This document shows positions 8,534 through 18,517 of a stretch of DNA of 64,000 nt, piece by piece (position 1 is the first letter of the stretch; each line of letters begins with the position of its first letter). The position numbers were made by a program, and so were the translations under genes. The stretch spans positions 404 through 64,403 of IMG/VR virus record IMGVR_UViG_3300025895_000020; one strand, written 5' to 3'. The notes under the pieces are model-generated. The model searched no databases. It was given only the letters and a program-made list of their open reading frames with translations, and had not been told where the DNA came from. This stretch comes from a virus.

Positions 8534-9073
8534 ATGAAAACCCCCGAAGAGATACTAGAGAACATCGAGCGCGAGTCGGAGCCCGCAGTCTCCGACGCGA
8601 AGCTGCCCGGTATCACGAAGTTCCACATCGATGTGATCGGCACGCGTGGAGTTCGCTACAAAGGCGACTTCATCTACCGCGTGCCTCGCATGATCGATCA
8701 AGTGAGCATCGGCCGGCTCAAGAGCGAGTACCTTCCGCAAGGGGGTATGGCCGACCCGAACGCAGCGATCATCGTGGAGCAGTTGTGCTACTTGGCGGTC
8801 ACGATTCAAGACCCGAAGCCCGATTGGTGGAGCCCCAGCGAGTTCTACGATGCAGCGCCACTAGGGGCGGTCTACAAGGAGGCGCTCAATTACGAGCGAA
8901 AATTTCACGGAGGGGATGCGGACGATTCCGAAGCTCGAAGCGGAGTTGGAAGCGATGGAATTCTCGAATCTGACGGACCTGACGCGCCTCGTGAAGCTAC
9001 TGTGGGTCGAAAAGTTCAACCGCCCACCAAACGACGGGAGACTCTTGTCTCTCACTCTGAGAGAAGCGGCTGA
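8534..9073 (+). CDS. Tail assembly chaperone (G-like)
   Basis: Follows the tube gene. YLAVTIQDPKPDWW...YERKF pattern. The region after RKFH is low complexity. Confidence 0.75.
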   Translation: MKTPEEILENIERESEPAVSDAKLPGITKFHIDVIGTRGVRYKGDFIYRVPRMIDQVSIGRLKSEYLPQGGMADPNAAIIVEQLCYLAVTIQDPKPDWWSPSEFYDAAPLGAVYKEALNYERKFHGGDADDSEARSGVGSDGILESDGPDAPREATVGRKVQPPTKRRETLVSHSERSG

Positions 9074-9314
9074 ACAGGTATTCGAACAGACGGCTTTCAG
9101 CACGTACATGAAGAAACGCGCCGACAAGAAAGCCCCTACGTGGCGGGACGTAGACGAGTGGGCAGCCCCCGAAGTCGAGACCGTGACCGGCAAAGAGGCG
9201 GAGCGTATCGCCGACGTGCCTCATTTGACTGGCGACGCGGAGTGGGATGCCGTTGAGCTGGCAGAGACCGATCCAACCCGCCCGTTGCTATCTGAACGGT
9301 TAGAGGGCTGGTAG
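8916..9314 (+). CDS. Tail assembly chaperone second frame (T-like), probably reached by +1 frameshift at 8900-8906
   Basis: Overlaps the previous ORF by 158 nt in the +1 frame. LLWVEKFNRPPNDGRLLSLT motif. Lies directly before the tape measure. Confidence 0.65.
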   Translation: MRTIPKLEAELEAMEFSNLTDLTRLVKLLWVEKFNRPPNDGRLLSLTLREAAEQVFEQTAFSTYMKKRADKKAPTWRDVDEWAAPEVETVTGKEAERIADVPHLTGDAEWDAVELAETDPTRPLLSERLEGW

Positions 9315-9324
9315 GGTTAGAACC

Positions 9325-11310
9325 ATGGCGGGGGAAAGCAGACAACGTACAGTCGTCGAGATCGGCGTTGACGATCGGGCGGTCAAGGGTCTCGGGCAGA
9401 CCATGGAGCGCGCCTTTGATCCCGCGATCATCGAGAGCTTCGCCCGCAGCGTAGAGCGCCTTGAACGGACGCTGGACCGGCTTGCGGACACCGCGGGTAA
9501 GGCGGGCGTAAGCGGCGGTGGCGGCGGCGGGGGCGGTTCAGGCGGTGGCACGAGCGCCCCAAGAGGCCCCGGCACAAGCGCCCCTAGAGGCGGCGGCGGT
9601 GGCGGCGGAGAGCGCGATGGTCGTGGTCGCTTCGTTGGGGCTGGCGGCGGTGGCGGCGGTGGGGGTGGCGGCTTCTGGCCCACTTTCGGCGGCGCGGGGC
9701 TCGGCTCGTTCATGGGCACGTCCGCAGCGGGCATGATGAACCGCGGCATGGGGGCCGTGGGTTCGATGGCGTCGGGCCGTGGCTTCGTAGGGCAGATGGC
9801 GTCAGCCATCCCTTGGATTGGACCCGCGCTTGGGGGTGCCGTGGGGGGCATCGGCGGCATGTACGGGCAGTACGCGCAGCAAGCGGGCGCCATTGCCGGT
9901 TCGTACGGCCGTACGGGCGTCGCAGGCGCCGGTAACATGGGCATGGGCACCCGGTTCGGGCTCGCGCCGGGGCAGATGGCCGGGCAGATGGCCAACTACG
10001 GGGCGCAGACGGGGCTCAAGGGCTCCGCGCTCCAAGGGATCAGTCCCGATCTCTTGGAAATGGAGAAGGTGCGGGGCTTTGGCTCCGCGGGTGCCGTCAT
10101 CGGCGGTGCGGGCGCGGCTGGGGGCCGCACGGGCAACGCAAAGAAGCTACTCGAAGATTCGATCGCCACCGGCTTCCAAGTCGGCATTCGCGAAAGCCGC
10201 ATGGACCAGTTTTTCATGCAGATGGGCGGCTGGGTCGAATCGATGCGCAATCAGGGGATCAACCTGAGCACGGAGAGCGCCAACGCACTCGTGACCGTCA
10301 TGGGTAATCTAGGGCTCAAGGGGATGGCCGGCGTGAAGGCCGCGCAGAGCACGCAAGGCGCGCTCAGCCGCATCGGCAAGGGCGGTGGCCCCGCATCGGC
10401 GATTGGGCTTCGGGCAGCGGGCATGGCCGGCGGTGGCTTTGGGAACAAGAGCTACATGCAAGCTCGGATCTTCGCGGAAGCTGAGCCGCAGACGGTCATG
10501 AACAACTTGGGCACGATGCTCCGCGATAACGGGGGCGTTACGGACGCCGAAGGGCTCGCGCTTGGCATGGAGCAGATCCTAGGCGGGCTCGGGATCGATT
10601 TCGGGGGACCGAAGGCGTATCTTGACGCCGCGAACCGCATCATGGGCGGGGGCAACCTACTGAGCACCGAAGCCGGCGCCGCAGCCGCCGGAGCGCAAAA
10701 GGCGGGTCGGAGCAAGGGTGCCGCGGGGGCGTTCGCTGCACCCGCGCACGAGGCGCGCATGACCGCTCGCCGGGCCGGTGCGGGCGCGAAGCTCGCTGGG
10801 ACGCAGCGCAAGATCGACGAGCTAGAGATCCGGCTTGCGGAGAAGACGCTGCCCGCGTTCTCGGATGCCGTCTACGCGGCCGTGAGCGGGCTAGAGGATC
10901 TAGTCACGGCGTTTTCCCAAGGGGGCATGAAGGGGCTCAATAAGAAGGTCGCCGAAATGAGCGTCAACGCCGGCACCGTGGTCGTCAACGAGCTGGGGGA
11001 GTCGTTCAAAGACGCCGTGTTCGGGAGCGACGCGAGCAATCAACCCGGCGGCCCCGGCAGTAGGGAGTGGGGTTCGAAGTCGTCAGACTTCAAAGAGAAG
11101 GATCAGAGCATGATCGCGCGCACCGTGCGCGCCTTCCAAAAGGGTGGTGCGGGCGCAGCTATGGATGTGCTGCAAGGGGGCGCAGAGCCGACTTCCTCTA
11201 GCATGGCGAAAGCTAAAGCGGCGTACCACGCGCGCAAAACTGCCGAAGCGCTCGAAGAAGACGCGGCCATGAGCCTTCCGTCCGATGCGCAGTTCACGGG
11301 TCCGAACTAA
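9325..11310 (+). CDS. Tape-measure protein (Gly/Ala-rich)
   Basis: Position after the chaperones. Low-complexity G/A/M-rich helical sequence, 661 aa. Confidence 0.75.
   Translation: MAGESRQRTVVEIGVDDRAVKGLGQTMERAFDPAIIESFARSVERLERTLDRLADTAGKAGVSGGGGGGGGSGGGTSAPRGPGTSAPRGGGGGGGERDGRGRFVGAGGGGGGGGGGFWPTFGGAGLGSFMGTSAAGMMNRGMGAVGSMASGRGFVGQMASAIPWIGPALGGAVGGIGGMYGQYAQQAGAIAGSYGRTGVAGAGNMGMGTRFGLAPGQMAGQMANYGAQTGLKGSALQGISPDLLEMEKVRGFGSAGAVIGGAGAAGGRTGNAKKLLEDSIATGFQVGIRESRMDQFFMQMGGWVESMRNQGINLSTESANALVTVMGNLGLKGMAGVKAAQSTQGALSRIGKGGGPASAIGLRAAGMAGGGFGNKSYMQARIFAEAEPQTVMNNLGTMLRDNGGVTDAEGLALGMEQILGGLGIDFGGPKAYLDAANRIMGGGNLLSTEAGAAAAGAQKAGRSKGAAGAFAAPAHEARMTARRAGAGAKLAGTQRKIDELEIRLAEKTLPAFSDAVYAAVSGLEDLVTAFSQGGMKGLNKKVAEMSVNAGTVVVNELGESFKDAVFGSDASNQPGGPGSREWGSKSSDFKEKDQSMIARTVRAFQKGGAGAAMDVLQGGAEPTSSSMAKAKAAYHARKTAEALEEDAAMSLPSDAQFTGPN
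9514..9672 (+). repeat. GGC/GGT trinucleotide runs and duplicated GTSAPRG unit within the tape measure
   Basis: Three poly-Gly tracts, with GGTSAPRGP/GTSAPRGG repeated. Confidence 0.8.
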
Positions 11311-13106
11311 TGCCCGAAGCCGCTCCCCATTCGAACCGGAACTTCTACAATCCGGGCGCGGCCAACACACGGTGCGCCGTGTCGTTTCATTCGGATGACA
11401 ACTTTGACGGCACCGTCCTAGACGCGCACCCCGTGCTGGGGCGTATCTCCGGGGTGTCTACGAGCAAGAGCTTTGGCGGCGCGTCGGGCTCGTTTTCGAT
11501 CACGATCAAAAAGCCGCCCCAGCTCACTACCGCGTGGCACCGGCTCTTCTCGAATCCCGAAGGCACGTGGGTGCGGATCACCTACTTAGCAGACGGGCAA
11601 GGTATCCCGGTGCTTTGGGGGATGGTCGACGCGATCCAAGAGAGCACCACGCGCACCGAGAAGGGCACACGCACGGAGAGCTACACGATCACAGGGCGCG
11701 ACTTCGGCAAGGTGTTCGAAGATTCCAAGACACTGATCAGTCTCTTCGCCGTGCACAATCTCGACTTGGTGCTCGGCATGTACCAAGCGGCGAACATCGA
11801 TCCGTACGTAGGGACGGCCGATGGCATCGTGAAGAAAGCCATCGATATCTGGCTCGGCAATGGCGGGCTCGCGAGCAAACAGTACCGTTTGCCGAAGTCG
11901 CTCGCTGAGTTCGCCAACGCGCAGTCGATCTACGACGCGATCAATTTCAGCACGATCCAGAAGTTCGATGACGGCAACGGGATCACCGAAGCCATGAGTA
12001 TCATCAATATGGACCAGCAAAGCGGTGGCGCGCTTTGGGATCTACTCCAACAGTATTGCAACGGTGTCTTGAATGAAATGTGGGTCGATCTTGCCCCGCA
12101 CCCTGAGTTCAACGGCGCCATGCGACCCGCGTTCTACCTACGCGAGCGCATCTTTCGTACCCAAGAGGGCAACACCCGGTGGGATCAGACCCGCGTCCGT
12201 AGGCTCGAAAAGACCGACGTGAGAAGCCGCAGTCTTGCCAAGGGTGGGGCCGCGAATCGGTACAACTATTGGGTAATCACAGGCAGCGTGCTCGGCGATC
12301 AGTTCGAAACGCAAGCACAGACGCACAGTATGGGCCTTGAGCCGTTCAAGCCCGGCGCCATCCCGATCATCAACGTCGAATCCGTACAGCGCCATGGGCT
12401 CCGGCCGTACACGGCCAACACCAACTTCCTACCGTTTTTCAAGCAAGGTGAGGGCACCAACTTCATCCGGCTTGCGGCCAACTGGCTCAAGCGCATCCAC
12501 GATTGGTACGGCGTTGCGCCCTTTCAGCTCAGCGGCACGATCACCACGTCACGTATGTTCCCAGAGATCCGCATCGGCGAGCGCATCCAAGAGCTGCGCG
12601 ATGAGGGGACAGTCACGTACTACGTCGAAGGGGTCGACCACAATTGGAGCTACCCCGGCGCTGGTAGTACGACGATCACCGTGACGCACGGGCAGTACGA
12701 GTCTGAGCCCGCGCTAGCGGATCTCTATGCGCAATACGAGACCCCCGCAGCCAACGCCGCCGCACTAGACGCCTTCAGCAAGCAGAACAAGATCAGCGCT
12801 CGTGCCGCCGATCTGGCTTTGATCGATGAACACCAAACGGTCGTTCCGGGGGATACTGTGAACGCCAAGAGCACCGATGAGGCCGCTGCCAAGGCCAAGA
12901 GTGCCGACTCCGGCATGATACCCGGCAAAGATGGGCCAAGCTCCCAAGCTACCAAGGTGGCCACGGGGGCATCCCAAGATCCCGTCGCGGATCAAGAGGT
13001 TGAAACGACGCAGGAAGCGGTGTCGCTCCCGCAAGACAATCTCGAAGCGATCTTGCCCATCGCTGTGGCACCGGGGCGCACCCCCAAGGCACCGGGAGCG
13101 CTATGA
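11310..13106 (+). CDS. Baseplate hub protein (gp27/late control D-like)
   Basis: YTITGRDFGKVF, SGTITT...PEIRIGERI and YYVEGVDHNWSY motifs. Follows the tape measure. Confidence 0.75.
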   Translation: MPEAAPHSNRNFYNPGAANTRCAVSFHSDDNFDGTVLDAHPVLGRISGVSTSKSFGGASGSFSITIKKPPQLTTAWHRLFSNPEGTWVRITYLADGQGIPVLWGMVDAIQESTTRTEKGTRTESYTITGRDFGKVFEDSKTLISLFAVHNLDLVLGMYQAANIDPYVGTADGIVKKAIDIWLGNGGLASKQYRLPKSLAEFANAQSIYDAINFSTIQKFDDGNGITEAMSIINMDQQSGGALWDLLQQYCNGVLNEMWVDLAPHPEFNGAMRPAFYLRERIFRTQEGNTRWDQTRVRRLEKTDVRSRSLAKGGAANRYNYWVITGSVLGDQFETQAQTHSMGLEPFKPGAIPIINVESVQRHGLRPYTANTNFLPFFKQGEGTNFIRLAANWLKRIHDWYGVAPFQLSGTITTSRMFPEIRIGERIQELRDEGTVTYYVEGVDHNWSYPGAGSTTITVTHGQYESEPALADLYAQYETPAANAAALDAFSKQNKISARAADLALIDEHQTVVPGDTVNAKSTDEAAAKAKSADSGMIPGKDGPSSQATKVATGASQDPVADQEVETTQEAVSLPQDNLEAILPIAVAPGRTPKAPGAL

Positions 13107-14083
13107 CGCGTTTCCAAACGAGAAAGACACGCGGCGGGACCATCGTTCAATCCGGGCTCGATTCGCGCAACCGGGACCACCCAGCAAGCCGCGCGAAGCC
13201 GACCTTGGGGCTCTACCGGGCTTTCGTGTACCGCACGTACACGCCCTACGACTCCGAAGGCGAGCGCCGCGAGGATAATCGGCGGGGCTACCAAGTCGAG
13301 TGCGATGTGCTCTTGGTACGTACCCAACAGCTCTTGCTGAATGTGCCGGTCATGCAGACGACCTTCGGCGTGAACAACGCGAAGCCTTGGACTCCGAGAC
13401 CCACCACGCGCACGCTTTCGGGGCAGAACGAAGTGCGATTTCAGGTCCAGGGCAGCGACGGGCGCTTCGAAGGGGTCGCCACGCCGTTCGATGATATCGA
13501 CGGCGAAATGGTGATCGTGCAGTTCGTCGAAGGCGACCCTGACTTCCCGATCATTACGGGCGCGCTCGTGCACCAAAAGACGCAGCGCAAGGTTTTGCAG
13601 AGCCCTGAAGGCCGCGACGGCTGGGCCGAAGGCGAGCAAGAGCAAGGGATCGCGTACGAGGAAGAGCAATACCTTCACCACCAAGGCACCGAAGTGCGCA
13701 TCAATGGGGGTGGGGATATCTTGATTGATACCACGGGGGCTTACGAAGACGGCGCCACCGAAGACGCTGCCGTTGCGCGCGGGAACGTGCGCATGCGCAT
13801 CAAAGAAGGCCAACGGCTCACCCTCGCCATGGGCGCCGATGAAGACGTGCTCGAAGTCTACAAAGACGGCGACCAGCTCCGGGTCGACCTAGGGGAAGAC
13901 GCCGACGAGCGTATGGTGCTGGGGGATGGCTGGCGCGCGTTTTTCAACGATTGGCTCACCAACGAGTATTACAAGCACACGCATCCCACGGGCGTCGGGC
14001 CATCGTCGGCTCCGATTGAACAGCTTGCAACGGAAATGAGCGAAGACCTGCTTTCCGACCTGAGCAAGACAAAGAAGAGCTAG
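13103..14083 (+). CDS. Baseplate central spike (OB-fold, beta-helix, HxH apex)
   Basis: GEMVIVQFVEGDPDFPIITG OB-fold motif and C-terminal YYKHTHPTGVGPSSAP. Confidence 0.8.
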   Translation: MTRFQTRKTRGGTIVQSGLDSRNRDHPASRAKPTLGLYRAFVYRTYTPYDSEGERREDNRRGYQVECDVLLVRTQQLLLNVPVMQTTFGVNNAKPWTPRPTTRTLSGQNEVRFQVQGSDGRFEGVATPFDDIDGEMVIVQFVEGDPDFPIITGALVHQKTQRKVLQSPEGRDGWAEGEQEQGIAYEEEQYLHHQGTEVRINGGGDILIDTTGAYEDGATEDAAVARGNVRMRIKEGQRLTLAMGADEDVLEVYKDGDQLRVDLGEDADERMVLGDGWRAFFNDWLTNEYYKHTHPTGVGPSSAPIEQLATEMSEDLLSDLSKTKKS

Positions 14084-14265
14084 TGGACACCAAGAAACGA
14101 TTCAAGGTGCCCGATGAAGCGCATCCCAACCGCCGCAAGACGATCCAGGCCGTCTACATTTGCGGACACTGCGGGTACGAAGGGGATTTCATGTTCTGCC
14201 CGTACTGCGGGGTACGCCGACCGTGCCCGACCCTGCTACCTGACAGCTCGCCAAAGAAGACCTAA
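14083..14265 (+). CDS. Small Zn-ribbon protein
   Basis: GTG overlaps the spike stop codon. CGHC...CPYCG motif. Confidence 0.55.
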   Translation: MDTKKRFKVPDEAHPNRRKTIQAVYICGHCGYEGDFMFCPYCGVRRPCPTLLPDSSPKKT

Positions 14266-14267
14266 CC

Positions 14268-14771
14268 GTGGCCCTTGTCGCCGCAAACCTCGTGACCGCG
14301 CTCGAAGCCCTTTGGACCGAACCCACCGATTCGATCGTGATCGAAGACACGGGGGACGCCATCGAAGCCTTTTGGACCCCCGCGCTTGTGGGCACAGTCG
14401 GCGGGCCAGCGATCTTTTCAGCGGGCGTCACGCACCCTGCTTTGAAGCTGTTGCGCACGTACCCGCCCACGGGGGCAGCGCCCGACACGACCACGGCCGC
14501 GCAAGCCTTCGACGACGCGTGCGTGGCCATGATCACAGGCACCGCGTTCACCCCGATTGCCCCTGCTACAGCGGTGGCCGTGCCGATCCCGCTCACGCAG
14601 AGCCCCGGCGCATTGCAGCCGGTCTTGAAAGCCATTTTCGACGCTCCCAGCGAAAGCGTGTCGGCTCAGGCGTCGTCGATCGGCAACGCCATCGCGACGT
14701 TCTGCTTAGGGTGGCAGTGTGTCGTCACGTTTCCGACCCCGACGCCACCGGCCAACGTACCTATCGTCTAA
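14268..14771 (+). CDS. Hypothetical virion/baseplate-associated protein
   Basis: Ala/Pro/Thr-rich, lying inside the baseplate operon. Confidence 0.6.
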   Translation: MALVAANLVTALEALWTEPTDSIVIEDTGDAIEAFWTPALVGTVGGPAIFSAGVTHPALKLLRTYPPTGAAPDTTTAAQAFDDACVAMITGTAFTPIAPATAVAVPIPLTQSPGALQPVLKAIFDAPSESVSAQASSIGNAIATFCLGWQCVVTFPTPTPPANVPIV

Positions 14772-14831
14772 AGGATAATCGAGCCGCTAGCATGGCGTAC
14801 CAACCCCTTGCGAGGGTAAGCTAGGCCAGCG

Positions 14832-16598
14832 ATGGCGAGGGAACGCGGGGCTGGGCTCAACTCTCTGAGCCCAAGGAACATACAAGTGGGGCCGGCTGGG
14901 GAAGCCGTAGCGCCGCTTCGCGATGTTCGTACGGGCTTTCGGTCGGGATTCGTCTTCGAGCTGCGCGATCTTTTGCGCCCCGATCGCCCCGTCGCCGTGC
15001 ACAGTTTCGCCCTGAATCCGCAGCAATACATGCTGACGGAACCGTTTCAGAGTGTACTCACGCCTACGGAGGATAATACGGTCGTGGCCGAAGAAAACGG
15101 TCAAATCATCCGTGAAATCGTGATCTCAGGCACCTTTGGGCTCAAAGAGAAGCGCGGCCCCTCGTTCAGCGGCGATCAGGGCTCGCGCTCGGGCAATGAG
15201 CACTTCATCCATCTGCGCGAGCTATTCCGGCAGTATTCGCGGATCAAGCAAAACCCGGAGCTATCCGCTCGGCACGTGCTGATCTTCCATTCGATGCGCG
15301 ACGATGACCATTTCATCGTGGTGCCCCGGAGCTTCGAGACCCCGCGCGACTCGAAGAGCACGCGGTTCCATTATCCTTACCGGATTACGATGGCCGTGGT
15401 CGCGGAAGCCGCGGTGGCCACGAATCTCTTGGGGCTCCCCAACGTCGTCCGCGCGCTCAGCGCTGCATTTCACGACGCGCGAGCCTACTTCGCCGAAGTC
15501 TCCGCCGTGCTCGGCAGCATCAAAGGCAAGGTGCAAGATATCGAGTCGGTGCTGGTTCAGTCCGCAGAGCTGATCAACGGCGTGGGGGAAGTGCTCGATG
15601 GGACACGGGATCTCATCAACTACCCCTTGGAGCTGGCGGCCGACGTGGCGACGGATCTCGCCGTTGCCGCCGACCGGCTGGCCAACAGCACATTGCAGCT
15701 CACGCCCGGTTCCATCGAAGAGCAAGCGTCCCGGCAGATGCGACGCCTAGAATCGGCCCTGGACCGCATCTTAGCCATCCCAGAGAAGTTCGGGCCGTCG
15801 TCCATCCAAGACACGCTAGAGCGCTACGAGGGCGAACAGGGGCTCTCAGAGGATGATCTGGCGAACAACTCCGCGGGCGCCACCATCGGCTCCCGAACCC
15901 GGCTCGCGCTGGGCTCCGGCGGGGAATCGGGGATCGACGCGTCGGAGTACCGTGGGGTGCTTCGAGAACGGCTCGACCGGACCCAGACGATTCTGGGTCT
16001 TTCGGTCGAATTTGGGGTGCCCGAAGAGCTGATCATCTTGGTGAACGACCTGAAATATCCGTACATTGCCGAAGGGGGCGGGCCGGGGGTGCTCGCGCCG
16101 GGGGACGTGATCTTGATTCCAGTGCGGCAAGGGGTTCAGGGGGGCGAGGTTTCGCCTAGCAATTCGTATCTCACGCCTGAAGAGGCGCTGTACGGAATCG
16201 ACATGGCGCTCGACCCCGCCATCATGGCCCAACAGGACGAGCTAGAGCTGCGGTGCGCCCAATCAGGCATGGACGTGGACCTGATCCGGGGCATCGATAA
16301 CGTCGTCCAGGGCACGGAGATCACCGTGCGCACAGAGCGGGGCTCGACCGTCTACGTTCCCGAAGTTGGCATTCGCCGCAACGTCGGCAACAAGGGCACA
16401 ATCCAGTACATGCTCTTGGCTGCGCTCGCGCTGCGCGAGGGCATTCTCGGAGACCCCCGCGTAGAGGGCATCCACGATTCGCGCGTTGTGCTCGAAGACG
16501 ACGTGCTGACGCAAGAGATCACACCGCGACTCCGGGGGGATCGCACCGGGATCAATTTCATTCTGCCGTTTGGCACTGCCAGCGGAGAAGGGGGCTAG
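14832..16598 (+). CDS. Baseplate protein: tube-initiator-like N-terminus, LysM-like domain and gp25-like C-terminus
   Basis: FALNPQQY...ISGTFG (N-terminus). LSVEFGVPEELIILVNDLKYPYI...LAPGDVILIP (LysM-like). GIDNVVQG...RTERGSTVYVPEVG...ILGDPRVEGI (gp25-like). Confidence 0.65.
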   Translation: MARERGAGLNSLSPRNIQVGPAGEAVAPLRDVRTGFRSGFVFELRDLLRPDRPVAVHSFALNPQQYMLTEPFQSVLTPTEDNTVVAEENGQIIREIVISGTFGLKEKRGPSFSGDQGSRSGNEHFIHLRELFRQYSRIKQNPELSARHVLIFHSMRDDDHFIVVPRSFETPRDSKSTRFHYPYRITMAVVAEAAVATNLLGLPNVVRALSAAFHDARAYFAEVSAVLGSIKGKVQDIESVLVQSAELINGVGEVLDGTRDLINYPLELAADVATDLAVAADRLANSTLQLTPGSIEEQASRQMRRLESALDRILAIPEKFGPSSIQDTLERYEGEQGLSEDDLANNSAGATIGSRTRLALGSGGESGIDASEYRGVLRERLDRTQTILGLSVEFGVPEELIILVNDLKYPYIAEGGGPGVLAPGDVILIPVRQGVQGGEVSPSNSYLTPEEALYGIDMALDPAIMAQQDELELRCAQSGMDVDLIRGIDNVVQGTEITVRTERGSTVYVPEVGIRRNVGNKGTIQYMLLAALALREGILGDPRVEGIHDSRVVLEDDVLTQEITPRLRGDRTGINFILPFGTASGEGG

Positions 16599-17996
16599 GT
16601 GCCAGTTTTTCAACCCCGTAATCGGGTACAGATTGAGCGCGACATGATCGCGCGCGTGGTCGGGCGCTCCAAGTTGACCGGGCTCACGCGTAATGCCGCG
16701 ATCTACCATCTGATCGCCGCCGCTTCGAACGAAGACGCGGAGCAATACTTTCAGATGAGCCGGCTGCGCGATCTCTTCGCGATCGACAAAGCCACGGGCT
16801 CGGATCTCGATGCGCGTGCTGCGGAAATCGTGCCGGGCACAATCAAGCGGCGCGAGGCGTTGAAGGGGTCGACCACCGTGGTCTGCGGCCGTCCAGGTAT
16901 CGTAGGCACCACCGCTATCCCATCGGGGAGCATCTTTGCGGCGGTCGACGCCCAAGGGCAGATCAAATTCCAGACGACTTCTGCGGGCTCCATTCTTGCG
17001 GGCAGCACCGATTCTCTTCCGATCACCGTGGTCGCCGTCGAAGCAGGTACACGAGGCAACGTCGCAGCGGGCGGAATCGTTCAGTTCGTCAGCCGTATCG
17101 CAGGGGTCACGACGGTCACCAACGGGACCGCGGTCTCCAACGCGCAAGACCGGGAGAGCGATGACGCGTTCAAGGCGCGTATCCGCGCCTACGTGCAAGC
17201 ACTGAGCCGCGCGACGCCCACGGCTATCGAGAGTTTCGCGAACAACGTCACGCTGAGCGATGGCCGGCGCGTGCTCTTCGCGAACCTCAAAGAGCCCATT
17301 ATCCCGAACGGCACGATCCAGCTTTACATCGATGACGGCACGGGCAGCGTCGAAGAGTTCGATAGTACGTTCGTTACCACGCCCGAAATCGTGGTCGCTT
17401 CGGCCGTGGGCGGGGAAGTGCAAGCCTTCTCAGGGCAGAAACCCATCCGTGACGATGGGAGCTTTGTGCTCGAAGTCGACTTCGGCGGTGGCTATCTCGT
17501 GCAGACCCTAGGCGTCGATTACAACTTCAACGCTGCGCAAGGCAAGGTCGTGTTCGCCACGGCGCTTCTGGCGGGTGACGCCGTGCGCATGACGTACCGC
17601 TACTACACGGGGCTCATCCAAGAAGCGCAGAAGGTCATCGATGGCGACCCTTCAAACCCGCTCGTGTACCCAGGGGTTCGGGCTGGCGGCATTCAAACCT
17701 ATGTGCTCGCGCCTTCCCTTGTGGCGCAGAGCGTGGCCGCGACAATCAGTGTGCTCGGGGGCTTCGACACCACCACCGTGGCCGCCGCAGTTCGCACTGC
17801 GATTCAGGACTACATCAATGGCTTGCCGATCGGCGATGACGTGATCGTGAGTGAGATCATCGAACGCGCGATGGGGGTGACCGGCATGTTCAACTTCCGG
17901 TTCCAAACACTAACGGGCTCCACACCGCCCGCAGATCAAGTGATTCTCGATGATCAGGTCGCGCGGATCACGGCCGCCAATATCACGCTCGTGTAG
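16599..17996 (+). CDS. Baseplate wedge J-like protein
   Basis: ATGSDLDARA, VVAVEAGTRGNVAAGGI, DRESDDAFKARI and LPIGDDVIVSEII motifs. Confidence 0.9.
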   Translation: MPVFQPRNRVQIERDMIARVVGRSKLTGLTRNAAIYHLIAAASNEDAEQYFQMSRLRDLFAIDKATGSDLDARAAEIVPGTIKRREALKGSTTVVCGRPGIVGTTAIPSGSIFAAVDAQGQIKFQTTSAGSILAGSTDSLPITVVAVEAGTRGNVAAGGIVQFVSRIAGVTTVTNGTAVSNAQDRESDDAFKARIRAYVQALSRATPTAIESFANNVTLSDGRRVLFANLKEPIIPNGTIQLYIDDGTGSVEEFDSTFVTTPEIVVASAVGGEVQAFSGQKPIRDDGSFVLEVDFGGGYLVQTLGVDYNFNAAQGKVVFATALLAGDAVRMTYRYYTGLIQEAQKVIDGDPSNPLVYPGVRAGGIQTYVLAPSLVAQSVAATISVLGGFDTTTVAAAVRTAIQDYINGLPIGDDVIVSEIIERAMGVTGMFNFRFQTLTGSTPPADQVILDDQVARITAANITLV

Positions 17997-18007
17997 GGGA
18001 AAAGCAG

Positions 18008-18514
18008 ATGGCACTCGGAATAACAACGGTAGAACGCGCGAATGACGTAGGGGAACAACCCTTCCTGATCTTCACGGACCCTTCGACGCGGCGGATTCAG
18101 ACATTCGCTTTCGTAGACGAAAACGGCGTGCACGCGGGCATTGCCGGGAATCCGTTCATCGTCAGTGCGGAAGCTGCGGCGACGCGTTGGAAGTACGATA
18201 CAGTTGGAGCCGCCGAAGCCGGCGCGCAGCTTCGTACCGGGGCCGGGGATATCCGAGAGCTGCGGGTCTTGCTCGACCCTTCCGTGGTCGCGGTTCGCTA
18301 CCTCATGCTCTTCGATAGCGCCACGCCCCCGACGCTCGGTGCCGTGCCCGACTGGCGCGGGCTCATTCCCGCTGCGGGCGAGGCAAGCGAGTCGTTTCCA
18401 GGCGGCGAGTTTGAGTTCACGGCGGGGTGCTACGCGATGATCAGCACCACGCTGCCCACGCTCACAGTTAGCGCTGCGGATGGGTTTTTCCATGTGCGGG
18501 GATTAGAGGCTTGA
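18008..18514 (+). CDS. Hypothetical virion protein
   Basis: RBS AGGGG and beta-rich sequence within the structural operon. Confidence 0.65.
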   Translation: MALGITTVERANDVGEQPFLIFTDPSTRRIQTFAFVDENGVHAGIAGNPFIVSAEAAATRWKYDTVGAAEAGAQLRTGAGDIRELRVLLDPSVVAVRYLMLFDSATPPTLGAVPDWRGLIPAAGEASESFPGGEFEFTAGCYAMISTTLPTLTVSAADGFFHVRGLEA

Positions 18515-18517
18515 TCG

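Noticed and set aside
5802-17996. Extracellular contractile injection system / T6SS / tailocin
   Set aside because: The same window carries neck proteins and a full phage replication module, so a genuine phage is the simpler reading.
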